In this document: piece by piece, positions 35,862 to 50,525 of the stretch | How positions within the stretch are numbered: position 1 is the first letter of the stretch | How the letters are laid out: every line of letters begins with the position of its first letter | Assembly: GCA_951406725.2 (NCBI GenBank) | Contig: OX597819.1 | Coordinates: 96,596,001-96,660,000, forward strand | Direction: 5' to 3' | DNA length: 64,000 nucleotides | Origin: Octopus vulgaris | Lineage: Eukaryota | Position numbers and translations under genes: made by a program | The notes under the pieces: model-generated | What the model was told of the DNA's origin: nothing | Database searches by the model: none | Seen by the model: the letters and a program-made list of their open reading frames with translations, nothing else

Positions 35862-36039
35862 AATAATAATTATAATATTATTATTAAAATAATGATTTTG
35901 TGTATTTGCCCTAGAAGAACCCCATGAAGGGGACATTCTAAAAACGGTTCAAATTTTGTGAAGGAGTTTACATAAAAATGGTGAGAGGAAAAAAGGAATG
36001 CGCAGGAAATAACTACAACAGTAGCAGCAGTTGTAGTGG

Positions 36040-36243
36040 TTTAGAATTTGGGCACAGGGGCCGTAATTTTAAGGGGAAAAGGTTAGTCGATTACATCGAC
36101 CCTAGTATTTGACTGGTACTTTCTTTTATCGACCCAGAAAGGATGAACAGCAAATTCGAACTAGGTGGAATTTGAACTCAGCATGTAATGAGTCGGAAGA
36201 AATAATACTAAGCATTTTGTCCGGCACTCAAACTGGTCTGCCA
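36040..36243 (-). mobile_element. Family-1 SINE, tail A
   Basis: AGTCGATTACATCGACCC...ATCGACCCAGAAAGGATGAA...GGAATTTGAACTCAG. Confidence 0.85.
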
Positions 36244-36344
36244 CTGTTTGTAATATAAGCTTAAGTGGGGGGTGTTATTCAATTAAATCAACCCTTGAAC
36301 GATGAAAGGTACGTTGTTATTGCTGTTGTTATCTCATAGATGTC

Positions 36345-36420
36345 AACAACAACAACGACGACGACACCGTTGACAACAACAACAACGACGACGACACCGT
36401 TGACAACAACAACAACAACA
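36345..36420. repeat. 30-bp tandem repeat, about 2.5 copies
   Basis: Unit ACAACAACAACAACGACGACGACACCGTTG. Confidence 0.9.
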
Positions 36421-36656
36421 ACGACCACAAAGTTACGTACAAAATAATAGTACAGTTACTACTATTTCTATTGTGCATCCATCACTATTATGATTAAAGT
36501 TGATATCCATGGCAACGACTATAAATAACATAATTCTTTCAATACAAGAATCACCACCAACAACATCGACACTACTACTATTGTCAACACGACTACCACC
36601 ATCATCACCTCCAACAACACTTTACCGCCACCACCACCACCATCACCACCACCACC

Positions 36657-36688
<32 letters not shown>

Positions 36689-37551
36689 CAACCACACCAT
36701 ACTATCACCACCACCAAAACAACACCAGTTCCACCACAACCACTACCACCAAAACTACTATCAGCACCACCACTACCACAGAAACCACCAACAACAACGA
36801 CACTATGCCATCAGCACCACAAAATCAACCCAAGTTCCACCACCGCCACCAACACCAACACCCCCACCACCATCATCACCACTACCAAGAAAACCACAAC
36901 AACAAAAAACACATCTGCCATCACTTTAAACACCACCAACGCCACTACTGCAACTACTACTAACAACAACAACAACAAAAACAACAACAACATCAACAGC
37001 AAGGAATCAATAGCAACATGTCCAACTTGCTAAAAACACTATCTTCATCATTGTTTTCACTTGGTAATGTTCTGAAGTACCATGTCTTTGTAAGTAGCTA
37101 TCACTTTATGTGGCCTTTGACCTTTGACACAGTCTCCATCACTTCCTAGGGAAGCTGCCAAACAATTTAATTAACAACGTCACTGAGATGAAAACTTCCT
37201 TTACTCCATCTTCACACATCTATTCCATCACACGCACCCCACACTCCACTCACTCAGCGTTTTCTTCCATTGATTACAGAAATACTTTAAAACAAAGACT
37301 GCAGCTATTGATGTGTGTGTGTGTGTTTGTGTGTGAATATGAGTGTATATGTGTGTGCACGGACGTGTGAGTGTATGTGCTGGTGTGCGTGGGTGTGTGT
37401 GCATATGTGTGCGCATGTATGTGTATACGTACATACACGTTCCCGCCACACATACATCAGCTGAACGCTATTTGAGGAGCTTACGATGAAAAAGCATTTC
37501 ATGGTATTGGACCTTATCCACCATTTCTCGGTTTGACTTAGAATACATAAA

Positions 37552-37615
<64 letters not shown>

Positions 37616-37697
37616 CATACATACATACATACATACATACATACATACATACATACATACATACATACATACATACATACATACGTATGTATGTTAT

Positions 37698-37922
37698 GAG
37701 CGTCAGAGTAATACACCTGCTTGTTGTTCCTTCACTTGTTTTCATCTTTTGTTTTCTGTAAATTGGATATATATATATACATACATACGTACATGCATAC
37801 GTGTGTATATGTATTAATTTTTGGGTGATGAAGGATAATATTCGAAACGTTAAAGACCCTTTTCTTTTGAGTGTTATACAAATATAGTTATAAACTGTTC
37901 CCCTTGCTTTTGCTTATTTATC
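37698..37922 (+). repeat. PLE-type terminal-repeat fragments with a decayed hammerhead motif
   Basis: 37698-37766 resembles 6020-6095. 37823-37859 reads GGG TGATGA AGGATAATATTC GAAA C GTT AAAGACCC. Confidence 0.55.
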
Positions 37923-38611
37923 ATGCATACATACATACATACATACATACATACATACATAGGGAATCCATCGGCTCTCCTAAGTCCATGCGTCCTCCGG
38001 TAGATTCTGTTTTAACTCACACAAAGTACCCATAATCACCCTCCTCACTAAACACGGTTGGTTGGGTTTTTTCAGTTTAGTGGCTGGCAACCACTACCAA
38101 CAAGCATTCACGAGCGGCCATATACACTGTATGTCAGCCTGTTCATCTGTCAGTCTGTGTTTATCTATCTAAGTATGTATGTATGTATGTATGTATGTAT
38201 GTATGTATGTATGTATGTATGTATGGATGGATGGATGGATGGATGGATGGATGTTTGTATATTTATCTCTCCTCTCTCTCTCTCTCTATATATATATATT
38301 TATATATATATATATATCATACAGATACACATATACACACATACATATATATGTATGTGTGTGTATACAGGTGGATAGATAGATAGATACATACATACAT
38401 ACATACATACATACATACATACATACATACATACATACATACATAGACATACGCTAATATCAAAAAGTGAGAGTGAGTGCTCAACACCGCATTGGTGGAT
38501 AAATATTCTTTATTTCTGAGTTACCAAGGCTACCAATGTTTATATGGGAAGCGATCTTCCCAATAATTCAAGTATGCCACATAGAAATGGTGGTACTTGT
38601 CTCCATTTTGG

Positions 38612-38645
<34 letters not shown>

Positions 38646-39061
38646 AGTTTATTCGGGCTAAATTTGACCGTTTGCCTAAAAGGAAAAGAAAAAAATATCC
38701 CCTAAAAATATTTTTAAAAATCAAAAAAATATCAACTACATTATGGCTGGAAGATAACATTTTACTCAAAGGAACCTCCTTCAGTTTCCCCCACAGCCTC
38801 GAGACAGCTCCGGAACCTAGTGTATGCGTCCCTCGCTATATCCCTGGGAATATCAAACATCTTGATATTGAATATTGACCAACTGTCCTGCTTTTGTGTT
38901 GCAGGCACAGCGGTCGTTTAATTTTCTTAAACGCACCTCACGCACAGTACTATACGATCAGGCAAATTCAGTATGTAAAATGGGATTCAAAAAATATAGT
39001 TGCGAGTAATCTCTCACAACCATCTTATTGATATTCATATTGAAATTTACAACATTCCCAT

Positions 39062-39152
<91 letters not shown>

Positions 39153-39309
39153 TGTATGTATGTATGCTTATACTATATACACACATACATTAATATATAT
39201 ATGTGCGTGTGTTCGTATGCACAAGCACACGCACATGCACACACACAAATGTATATGTGTATATCGCATTTAGTTTTGCCTACTTGTTAGATACTGAATA
39301 GTGGTAGTG

Positions 39310-39383
<74 letters not shown>

Positions 39384-40313
39384 TGTTGTTGTTTTGTTGC
39401 TGTTGTTTTTGTTGTTGTTGTGGTGGTGGTGGTAGTGGTGGTGGTCGCAGCTGCAGCATATAACATCAGTAACATCAAAGAATACTTTCAACCGTAAGAA
39501 ACCGTAAGAAACATTAATTTTACTGAAAGAATGCTTGACCATCTTTCTTATTCAGTCTGTCTCTTAATCCAGGATTTTGTCGTCTGCCAACTCAAGTAGT
39601 TATTTTATTATTCTACTCTTTTGTTGTTTTGTTGGCTTCTGATGTTGTATTCTGTATACTTTCTTTTTTGTTTTCCTTTGCTAATATATATAGATTTTAA
39701 AGTTGCATTTTTCACATGAGAAATCCGTTTTGTTTTATCGCCGCTTCACTGGCAAAAAACGTAAGTTTATGTTGGTCAATATATGACTAAAGCCCCTACG
39801 CTTTGGTATGCTGCGACATCTGTGTTCAATATTGGAACTATTTTATTACGCTTCGATAAATATATGGCTAAAACGGTCTGTGTAGTCTTTCCTTTTTCTC
39901 TCCATGTTTTACCATATATGTCGGCTAACACATAGATTTGACGGAGTGGTTAGAGCAGCGGCTGGAATCCATTGTAGTACTAGTTTCTGAGTTCAAATCC
40001 CTGTGACTTATTATTATGGTTATCTTTAATACAATGCTAAAGTTGTATGGTCTAGATAAGGAATCTCTTTTCTATGCAATATACAGATGAACATTCAACC
40101 TTTTACCCATCAGTGTATCTAAAAACCTCATAAGAGAAAAATTTTATAATTATTCTGTTTAAATATATTTATTTATATTAAGGACATTACTACACATAAA
40201 TGCCTCGCGCTATGAGGGACTCTTAAAGTCAAAACTACCATAATGATTACAGTGTAACGAACGCGAGGGAATGCAACTCTTGAAGCGAACTCTTAAAAAC
40301 ATGTATATGTATA

Positions 40314-40395
<82 letters not shown>

Positions 40396-40574
40396 CATTT
40401 ATATGCACTTGGAAAACAGTGTACCTTGATTAAATTCCTGCTGTTCTATATCCTAAAGGAATATTTTCAATATTTCAGATGTTTTCCCAGGGGCTTACGT
40501 TATTTTGTACTTAGTAATTTACTCACCAACACACCTCTTAACGTACTAAGCGATGCACTTAGTAAAGAGTAATT

Positions 40575-40750
40575 CCTCATCGGCTTTGGTGAACAGTACT
40601 ATCGTTGATTACATGTTTCTGACAGGCACCCAATCATTCACCCGGAATAATGAAAGGCAACACTGATGCTTGAAGTATTTGAACGTGAAGAGACGGAAAA
40701 AATTGCACAAAACACTTTGCAGCTCTAATAATTCTGTCAATCCAGTGCCA
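40575..40750 (-). mobile_element. Very diverged family-1 SINE
   Basis: CCCGGAATAATGAAAGGCAA...ATTTGAACG...TAATATTCTGTCAAT in the expected order. Confidence 0.5.
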
Positions 40751-40918
40751 TTTTGAGGCACAATAACGTAACACTAAATAGTCGTGACAAATAGATCCAA
40801 ATTACAAACTTTCAACTGATGCATGCATGCACACTTATACACACACATATACACACACAGGCACACACGTGCGTACGAACGTCTATATCTATATCCGTTT
40901 AGCCATCTATCTGTCTGA

Positions 40919-40974
<56 letters not shown>

Positions 40975-40997
40975 GTATGTATGTATATATACCTATA

Positions 40998-41190
40998 TAC
41001 CTTATATAATAAAACAGAGTTTGTGTGTGTGTTCCTTATAGATTCGTAAATTGAGTTGCTGATTTTGACGTATGAGGTATCAAAAGATTCAGTAATCTTT
41101 CGGCTACCAAAGAGAGTATATTTTTTTGCACAACTCATTTTTACTACACAAATAACCTCGAAAACGAGGTCGGGTCGCACAATTCTGAGA
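40998..41190 (+). mobile_element. Short non-autonomous Helitron-like element
   Basis: 5' CCTTATATAATAAAAC..GTTTGTGTGTGTG; 3' hairpin ACCTCG-AAAA-CGAGGT followed by CGGGTCGCACAATTCTGAG. Confidence 0.45.
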
Positions 41191-41534
41191 TCTTTAGCTT
41201 AGGGAGTCAACTCTGTCTGAACTATTTTTATGTCCTAGATAGAGCATAATAAGAAAATGTTTAAAATACATAGAGTTTTACTAGGGAATGGAACTATGAA
41301 GATATAGAGTCAACTTTATTAGTATTATTTAGTAGATAATCTTGTGAAGTACGTTCGTCTGTGTTTTGTTTAGCCCAGAGTTGCTTCTGATGTAGCAGAT
41401 CCATCACATACTTTTTTCTCTCTTCCTAAAGTACTGTAAATCTGTCTTTCTTTTGATGAAAGGGTGTGATTGAAAAGAGATTTGGCTGCTATTTGTAATA
41501 TCTCATTTTAGCATAGAGACACCTGTGTATGTGT

Positions 41535-41624
<90 letters not shown>

Positions 41625-43825
41625 TATGATTTGATATGTTCTCTGTCTTAGAGAGTTTCAATGTGAAATATTATGATGCTTTAATATAGTGAAAAACCAG
41701 AAGAGAAAACATACTAGAACTAAAGTGACTTCAGTCTCCATGACAAAAATAACCATTAGCGTATTAATATTTGACCTTGGTCTCTCAAATAACCATAATG
41801 TTTCAAAATGGGTTGAATAATTAAGGAATCATACTGACCATACTGTTGGTTCTAAAAACATCATGGCAGTAAAGGAATCTGTTTATCATAAATTTATAAT
41901 CAGCAAATAATCATTTATAATACAGACATTTCTGTAAAAACATTTAGAAAATATATATAGAAACAGAAGACCGCAATACTAGGGTCTGTTGTTGCATGCA
42001 AAATGTTTTGAACTCATTATTCATATGCAATTATTTATAACCTTATCTACTTCGAGTGCCACAAATAAAGACGAATTATTTTAGGGTCTGTATATATTGT
42101 TAGGATTTTCTCATACACCATTTTTAAACCATAGACATATTTGTTAAACTCAGGCGTCCCCCATATACATTGAACTTCTTTGTTTAATGAGAACAACTCT
42201 ATTCCTTTAACTTCAAAATGAATCTAACTCTTGTCTAATAAAGGAAACTTTTGATATATTTCTCAACTCATGAGCAATGAAAATTATAATACATATTCAT
42301 TGCTTCTTTGAATTTACCGACTGAATACTGCCTTTTCTTATCCCTCTCGTTACATCCGGTTTACTTGATAGCGTTCTCTCTCTCCCTCCCTCTCCAACCC
42401 TACTCTTGTCTCTCTCTGTCACATGTCTTACAATAAATATTTCATTAAATCTTCCACTTTATATAATAATATCGTTAACATTTTTGAAGTTCAAACATTT
42501 GAAAACTTCAACCTTGATGTTAACTCCATAAAACTAACATTGACATTTCTGCAACCCCCTGTAAGGATATATGAGTATGCACAAAACGTTGTATGTATTT
42601 ATATGAACATTGTATATATATATATAAAACAGAGTTCTGGGCCGTTTAATTTTTCTCAACTGTTTCAGTGGGTCGATTGAGTAAACATTAACGAACCTAT
42701 AATGACTACTGGAAACAGATGTAAGTCGAACTTACTACAAGAAATATAACCATTATTTATGCTTTAACTTACGTATGTGCGTATGTATGTATGTATGTAT
42801 GTATGTATGTATGTATGTATGTATGTATGTATGTATGTATGTATGTATGTATATATGTATGTATAGACATAAACTCACACACATATATTGTACGCAACAT
42901 AATTCACAGACGCGCGTACACGTATATACACACTTCACACACGCAAATCCTCACACATTTCACACACAAATCAACACACTCGCTTACAATGGTGCTGCAT
43001 TTGTGTGCGCATAACCAAATTCATCCACAAAGCTCCACCTCTCTCCCTCTCCCTCTCGCTCTCTCTTACTTTCTTCGTCACCTTCAGTCCTTTCGGTCCT
43101 TTTAACATCCTGCAACACTGATATAACTGAAGCAGAGATCATACCACCATTAAATGTCTATATCGTCGTTAAATGCCTACGCTATTAATCATCTTTGATC
43201 CTTATCAATCATAATCTCCCACACCGCCAATACGAATCCTCTGATTCGTGTCTGACCGAGGAAACCCATATCTTAATCTACTAACATAAAATACTCTCTA
43301 ACTCTACTGTACTCTCATACATTATGTCATATATTTAGTTCGGAGTCTCACCAGTTCAATACTTATAAACACAGCAGTAATTGTGCTTAACCTCTGACTT
43401 TTCGAAAACCGCTAAACAGATAACCATAACCGAGTTTCTCGGTATATCTCAAAACATATCTCACAGACAACCAAATTTCACCGTACTCAGTCGAGCAAAA
43501 ATGGATCATGTATTTATTCGTAACTACATGAACATAACCGCCAACTCCTGCAGCACAAAGATCTTTTGATATTACTTAGCCAGTAAGATCCTTTACATCT
43601 TAAATTTCAAATCTAACGGAGATCTTTTTCTCCTATACCATGGACCAGTGGAGTTTCATATTTGACACTTCTGCAAAAATGTTGTTTATGCCATCAGTAA
43701 AGCATTCAGCTTCAGCTTGAGAGAGAGTTGTTCTGTCGACGCTAATGACAAACGATCAACAGATTAAGATCATCATGACGCGTCTTTGCAAGGTTGTGTG
43801 GGTATGGCGATATCCATACATACAT

Positions 43826-44725
43826 ATGTCTGAATTTCAAAGAAGCCGTATTGTGTGTCATTCTGAAGGTGGACATAGCATAACATCGCAGCAAACCTTA
43901 GGATCCCGCTTTCTACAGTTAATAGAGTGATTGTGTAATCCACCAGAGAGGGGAAGTAGTTCATATCATCTCACCCAGGATGACCAGGTCCCTCTAACAT
44001 GACCCTTCTCTTTGTTAAGAGAAGTGCAAGACCTCTAACATAGCTGAAAAAGTTGATATCAGTCCCAGAACAACTTTCTTTAACTTGGTAACTATGGCAG
44101 AGCAGCCACTTCTTCGACCAGCCAATATCAAGCGGAGAAAACATTGGGCCAGTGAGATGGTGGAGAGGCCAATAGCATTTTGGGGCACTGTCATATTCTC
44201 CAGTGAGTCCAGATTTACTATATTTTCTGACTGGCCGAGTGTGGGTCTGGAGACTCTGTGATCAAGAATTTGATGTGAAAAGATTGCAGCCAACGATGAA
44301 ACATGGCAGCTATTCTTTGATGGTCTGGGAAGCAATTTAGAGCAATGGTCAATCAGAACCTGTGGAGAGTGAGGGAAGCATAAACTCAGATAAATATATG
44401 TCCATATTCCAGAAAGGAATCCTTCCAATCTTCTTAAGTGTTGAAATGATTCAAGAAGACTATTTATGGAGCTCCTTCTCACAAGGCAAAAATAATCCAA
44501 GATTTGTTTGAAGAGAATGGCATTAAAAAACTTCCATGGAAAAGCCAGTCACCAGATATGAACTCTATTGAACAGCTCTATGGCATCATGGACATGACAC
44601 TTTGCAAAAACAACAAGAAAGCATTCTCAAAGCCAGATCTTTTGAGATTACTGCATGAAACTTGGCAAGAAATTCCTCAAGAGAATTGTCGTCATCTGGT
44701 CAGTAACATGCCTATTAGGCTCTAA
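43826..44725 (+). mobile_element. Tc1 (DD34E) transposase pseudogene
   Basis: MSEFQRSRIV; [12 protein letters not shown]; INSDKY; LPWKSQSPDMNSIEQLY...WQEIP...LVSNMPIRL. Confidence 0.9.
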
Positions 44726-45973
44726 TTAAAAACAATTTGCACACATACATACGCGCGTGTACATACATATAGAAACATAGACACACACATGAGGCCACAT
44801 ATCTGTGTTTGCATTCGTTACTATGTTGCTTGGTTGCAGTTTCTTCGTGTCCAAAGAACACAAGGAAGAGAGGTGGTTATGTAACCAGATCTTTGAAGCT
44901 GTGTGGCATTTCTTCCTGCCTGCGCTTAGTAGTTTCAAAATAAGAGTCGACCTACACAATCAAATCCCATTCTTTAAACTTGGGGGTCTGACCACAGTGG
45001 TTCAGCGGACTAAGACGGCTGTAGTTACCAGCAAGCTGTAGGTTTTACGTTAGAATGGCCTTGAAATAAGTGAATTGCCGTACAGAGGTTGAAAGCTCCA
45101 TCTAGCCTGGAGTTTTCGGAAGGGTGTCAAAGAGACCACTGGATCGCCTGAAGGGAATCATTCCTTGTTTTGCAGCCGAGACTCCGCTAGCTTTTTCCTT
45201 TCACAGCATTCACAAAGGAGTGAAGATTTGGGTTTGAAGTTTCTTCCATAAGAGGATAATAAGCTCATAGTTGAAAACTTGTCAGGTGTTACAACTCTGG
45301 GGCAGAGTAGAACTTGGAATAATAGTGGCTCAGAGGTGGTTCGACACTGCATGGCCTACTACTATATGCAGTTGTAGACATACTCAGAGTCACCGTACAA
45401 AAAAACGTTCTTTACAATACGTACAGTCATACAGTGTACAGTAGCTCATGCAGAAGTGAAATGTCATGGATTTGTGACTAAATCCATCATGTCCTACCTA
45501 GTGGCATTGGGGTTAGGAAAGACAGTAGAACATTGATTGGTAAGCTGAAGAGGAGAATAGAAAATAGTTCATCATGAATATGGATGAGGAATGTGAAAAA
45601 AGGACCAAAGCTGTGAATGAACACATTTCCAATGAGTAGTAATAGAAGTAATACAAAATAGTTGATGCGTGGTTAGAGTGGTTATAGGTGCGTTCAATTT
45701 GATGTTGTGTTTAGTAGGAATTTCCTCCAAATCAGGATATTCCCTGGTAGCATCGATGTTGCTTGACAACAATGGAATAAGTGATGATATCGGAAGAGGT
45801 GCTGAAATCGCTGTTCTCTAGTCGGCAGCTGATGAAGTGGTTATACAAGAGTATAAAGCTGTATGTAAAATAATAATGTATATATAGGCACATACACAAA
45901 CATATTCGCCTATGGATATAAACACATGTATGGAGATATATATGTATATGTGTGTGTATGTGTGTGTGTACAC

Positions 45974-46007
<34 letters not shown>

Positions 46008-46433
46008 ACACACACACACGCACACATACATACATATATGCCTGTAGTTTTCCTACTTGTGAAACTTTTATATATTCTATACAATTTATTTAAATATACT
46101 TCTTCACCTCATGACCATTATGTCTACTGTTGTTAATGCTGGTACAACGAAGAGATTAAGTTTCATGTACTTTTAACAGTCTGGACATAACAGATGTATT
46201 AATCTATCGCAAACATTTCCTTGCTTATGGAGTCAAGGTAGTGGTAACATTGGATATTTTCTCTTCTATTTACTAGTTGTATATACATCACTAGCATAGC
46301 AACGCTATAAGTGAGCGGCCATTTTGTCGGCAATACATTAAGTATATCTCGGTTTACTGTACTACATTTCTGTGCGATGAAAAGACCCACTTTCTATTGT
46401 GTTTCGTGTTAAATATTTAATAGTAAAATATTG

Positions 46434-46495
<62 letters not shown>

Positions 46496-47546
46496 TTATT
46501 CATCCTCAGTTATTCTAAAACTCCATCCTCCCCTGTTTTCTCTTCTTATTCTTATTTTTTTTCTTTCTGTTCTTTACATTTCTATATCAGCCTTCCACAC
46601 CATCACCACCACCATCACCCCCACTACCATCACCACCACCACCACCACCCACACACCTTCACCTTTACTAGATCGAGAATTCTTTGTACTATTAATGGCA
46701 ACACTGATAATGAAGCTAACCGCAATTCTAATATTATTTTCATGTTTACGTTAAAGTGTTCGTTGCTATTGTTGTTGCTATTGTTGCTGGTGAAGCTGTT
46801 ACGTCAATTCGACAGCGGTGGGTGTGCGCGTGCGCGCGTGCGTATGCGTGTTTGCGTGTGCGTGTGCGCGTGTGTATAAAAGGGGAGACTTTACAGATTT
46901 TTAATATTTTTTTTTCTTTTCTTCTCATTTCCCTTTGCTTTTCAAATGACATTGATTTTAATGATTTCTTGCCAACAGCTTTGTAGTTTTTTTAATTATT
47001 TTATTTGACTCAGTTTTTTTGTTTGTTTATTTTGGATAATTTTTTTTTTTAAGAGCTCGTCTACTCTTTCGTCCAGAATTGTCTCCCATCAAAAGCTTCC
47101 AGTCTGTCACCGAGATATCGAACAATTCCGATCAATAATCTCTCTACTATGAAACGGAATACAATAGAAAATGAATGATTTCACTTGAATACACTATATT
47201 GTTGTCAATGTTGTTACTACAGCTGCTGCTACTGCTGCTGCTGCTGCTGCTTCTTCTACTGCTGCTGCTGCTAGTGGTGTTTTATTTAGAGTACATCTAT
47301 TTAATCCTTCGCCATCATCATTTTGTTGCATCACAATAATAAAATCGACATATTTACTCACACATACATACACACACACGCACACACAGCAGAAAAATCA
47401 ATTTACCAGTTTTATATTACAGATATCAACATCTTTTGAACAAAAATTTCCCATTAACCTTATTCCGACCAACCAGAACACAGAAACAATTTCATTAGAT
47501 TTACTACATCACATACGGATTAAAGCAAACCTGAATTCTATCGCGA

Positions 47547-48610
<1,064 letters not shown>

Positions 48611-48969
48611 ATTATCATTGCTGTTGTTATTTTTCTTATTGTTGCTATTGGTGTATTTGACATGCCACACCAGATTGTTGTCGCACATCACTAATAATGT
48701 CTGCTCCCACAAGATGCGCGCGAGCGAATTCATGTGCGTTCGTATGCGTGTATTTGTGTGTATGAATGTGTGTTTGTGCCTATGTCTATGCCTATCTGCT
48801 TGTGAGTGTACTTCTGAGTGTGTGTAAATGTGCACTTTAATGTATCGCTGTGTGTGTGTGTGTATGTGTGTGTGTGTGTGTGTTTGTGTGTGTGTGCGTG
48901 TGATTGTGTGTGTGTGTGTATATGTGTGTGTTTGTGTGTTTGTGTGTGTGTGTATGTGTGTGTGTGTTT

Positions 48970-49008
<39 letters not shown>

Positions 49009-49467
49009 CGTGTGCGTTTATATTGGTATGTATTTAAGAGAATCTCTGTCTGCGCATTTATGCATTGGTGCGTATTTATATATGTACGAATGTATGTATT
49101 TGTGTGTATTTGTGTATATTTGCGTGATTATATGCGCTTGAATATGTGTGAGTGTGTGTTTTCATATGTATAAATGTCAGTTTGCATGGCTACATGGTCA
49201 AGGTGATAGAACTTTAGTCAAGAGACCAACGTGAAAGACACCATGTGGTCGTTCGATCTCAGAGAAATAGAAGCTAAATGTCATTCAGATATCATACAGC
49301 CACCTTTAAGAGTGAAGGACACATTGTATATCGGTAATTCTACATGTTGAAGTGGTCGCAATTGGAACGGCTTTGATAATAGATATGCTGGATGAAACTT
49401 GACCTGATGTGAACGAACGATAATAAAACAATAGGCAAACTCCAATAGAGGCACAACAAGTGACTTA

Positions 49468-49878
49468 CTCTTTACTCTTTTACTCTTTTACTTGTTTCAG
49501 TCATTTGACTGCGGCCATGCTGGAGCACCGCCTTTAATCGAGCAACTCGACCCCGAGACTTATTCTTTTGTAAGCCCAGTACTTATTCTATCGGTCTCCT
49601 TTGCCGAACCGCTAAGTAACGGGGACACACCAGCATCGGTTGTCAAGCAATGCGAGGGTGGGGGGGAAACACAGACACACAAACACACACATGCATAGAT
49701 ATATATATATACATATATACGACGGGCTTCTTTTCAGTTTCTGTCTACCAAATCCACTCACAAGGCTTTGGTCGGCCCGAGGCTATAGTAGAAGACACTT
49801 GCCCAAGGTGCCACGCAGTGGGACTGAACCCGGAACCATGTGGTTGGTAAACAGGCTACTTACCACACAGCCACTCCT
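49468..49878 (-). mobile_element. tRNA-derived SINE family 2, full length (CORE-like central domain, internal microsatellite, (GTAAAAGA)n tail)
   Basis: Minus strand has A box TGGCTGTGTGG and B box GGTTCAGTCCC, then GGCACCTTGGGCAAGTGTCTTCTACT. The tail reads TTACTCTT x3 on the plus strand. Confidence 0.92.
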
Positions 49879-50466
49879 ATTCACTTCCTTTGTAAACTGT
49901 TAACGTTTCATGACCATTGACTAAATTTAGTTACACTCTGGAACGAGTGTATGAAACAGGTTCTTTTAGTGGAGAAACATGAACTGAGAAAGTAATTTTC
50001 ATTTCTTAGAACATAAAAAGGCGTACAGTAACTTAAATTAAAGGAGTGTTGAGGCTTGATGAAAAGCTGAGCATCACCACCTTGTCATTGGTTGCTGAAG
50101 ATTTGTGAATCGGGATTTCTTTAAAAAGTAAAATAAAAGATGATTTCGTTTCAGCTTACGATAAAGAAACTGAAGAAAATTGCAGAAAAGTCGTTATCTG
50201 GTTAAAGAAACCATTAAATGTGGCTTGGTTAAAGGCTGATCAGCACTCCAATCAAGAAGACTGCACCATGTCAGTGAATGCAGTCAAAAAGCAGAGTGAA
50301 TGGAATCAAATTGTGCCATTGTTGCTTCTTGTGACACCAATAAGCAATGTTGGTTTTATTGATAGAGATATTGTTAGGCTTGCATCTTATGGTGTATAGT
50401 ATTTTCCACTTTTCCAGGAAGATTTGTACGGTGTGAGGTAACTAAGCTGTCTGTGTCTGAACAGTT

Positions 50467-50525
50467 AAGGGTGAGAAAAGATGGTAACTCCTGTACGTTA
50501 AGGGTGAGAAAAGATAGTAACCCCT
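50467..50525. repeat. About 32-bp tandem duplication
   Basis: GTTAAGGGTGAGAAAAGATRGTAAC occurs twice. Confidence 0.85.

Noticed and set aside
36500-37033. 177-aa His/Gln/Thr-rich ORF resembling a transcription-factor low-complexity region
   Set aside because: Made entirely of (CAC)/(CAA)/(ACT) repeats, with no conserved domain or convincing splice context.
19983-42735. Additional hammerhead-like traces at about 19983-20028, 40209-40240 and 42700-42730
   Set aside because: Three or more core positions are missing, so they cannot be told from chance.
49800-49878. tRNA genes (also considered at 19650-19726, 54200-54282 and about 44990-45040)
   Set aside because: A/B boxes run into SINE bodies or are incomplete, and I could not build a full cloverleaf.
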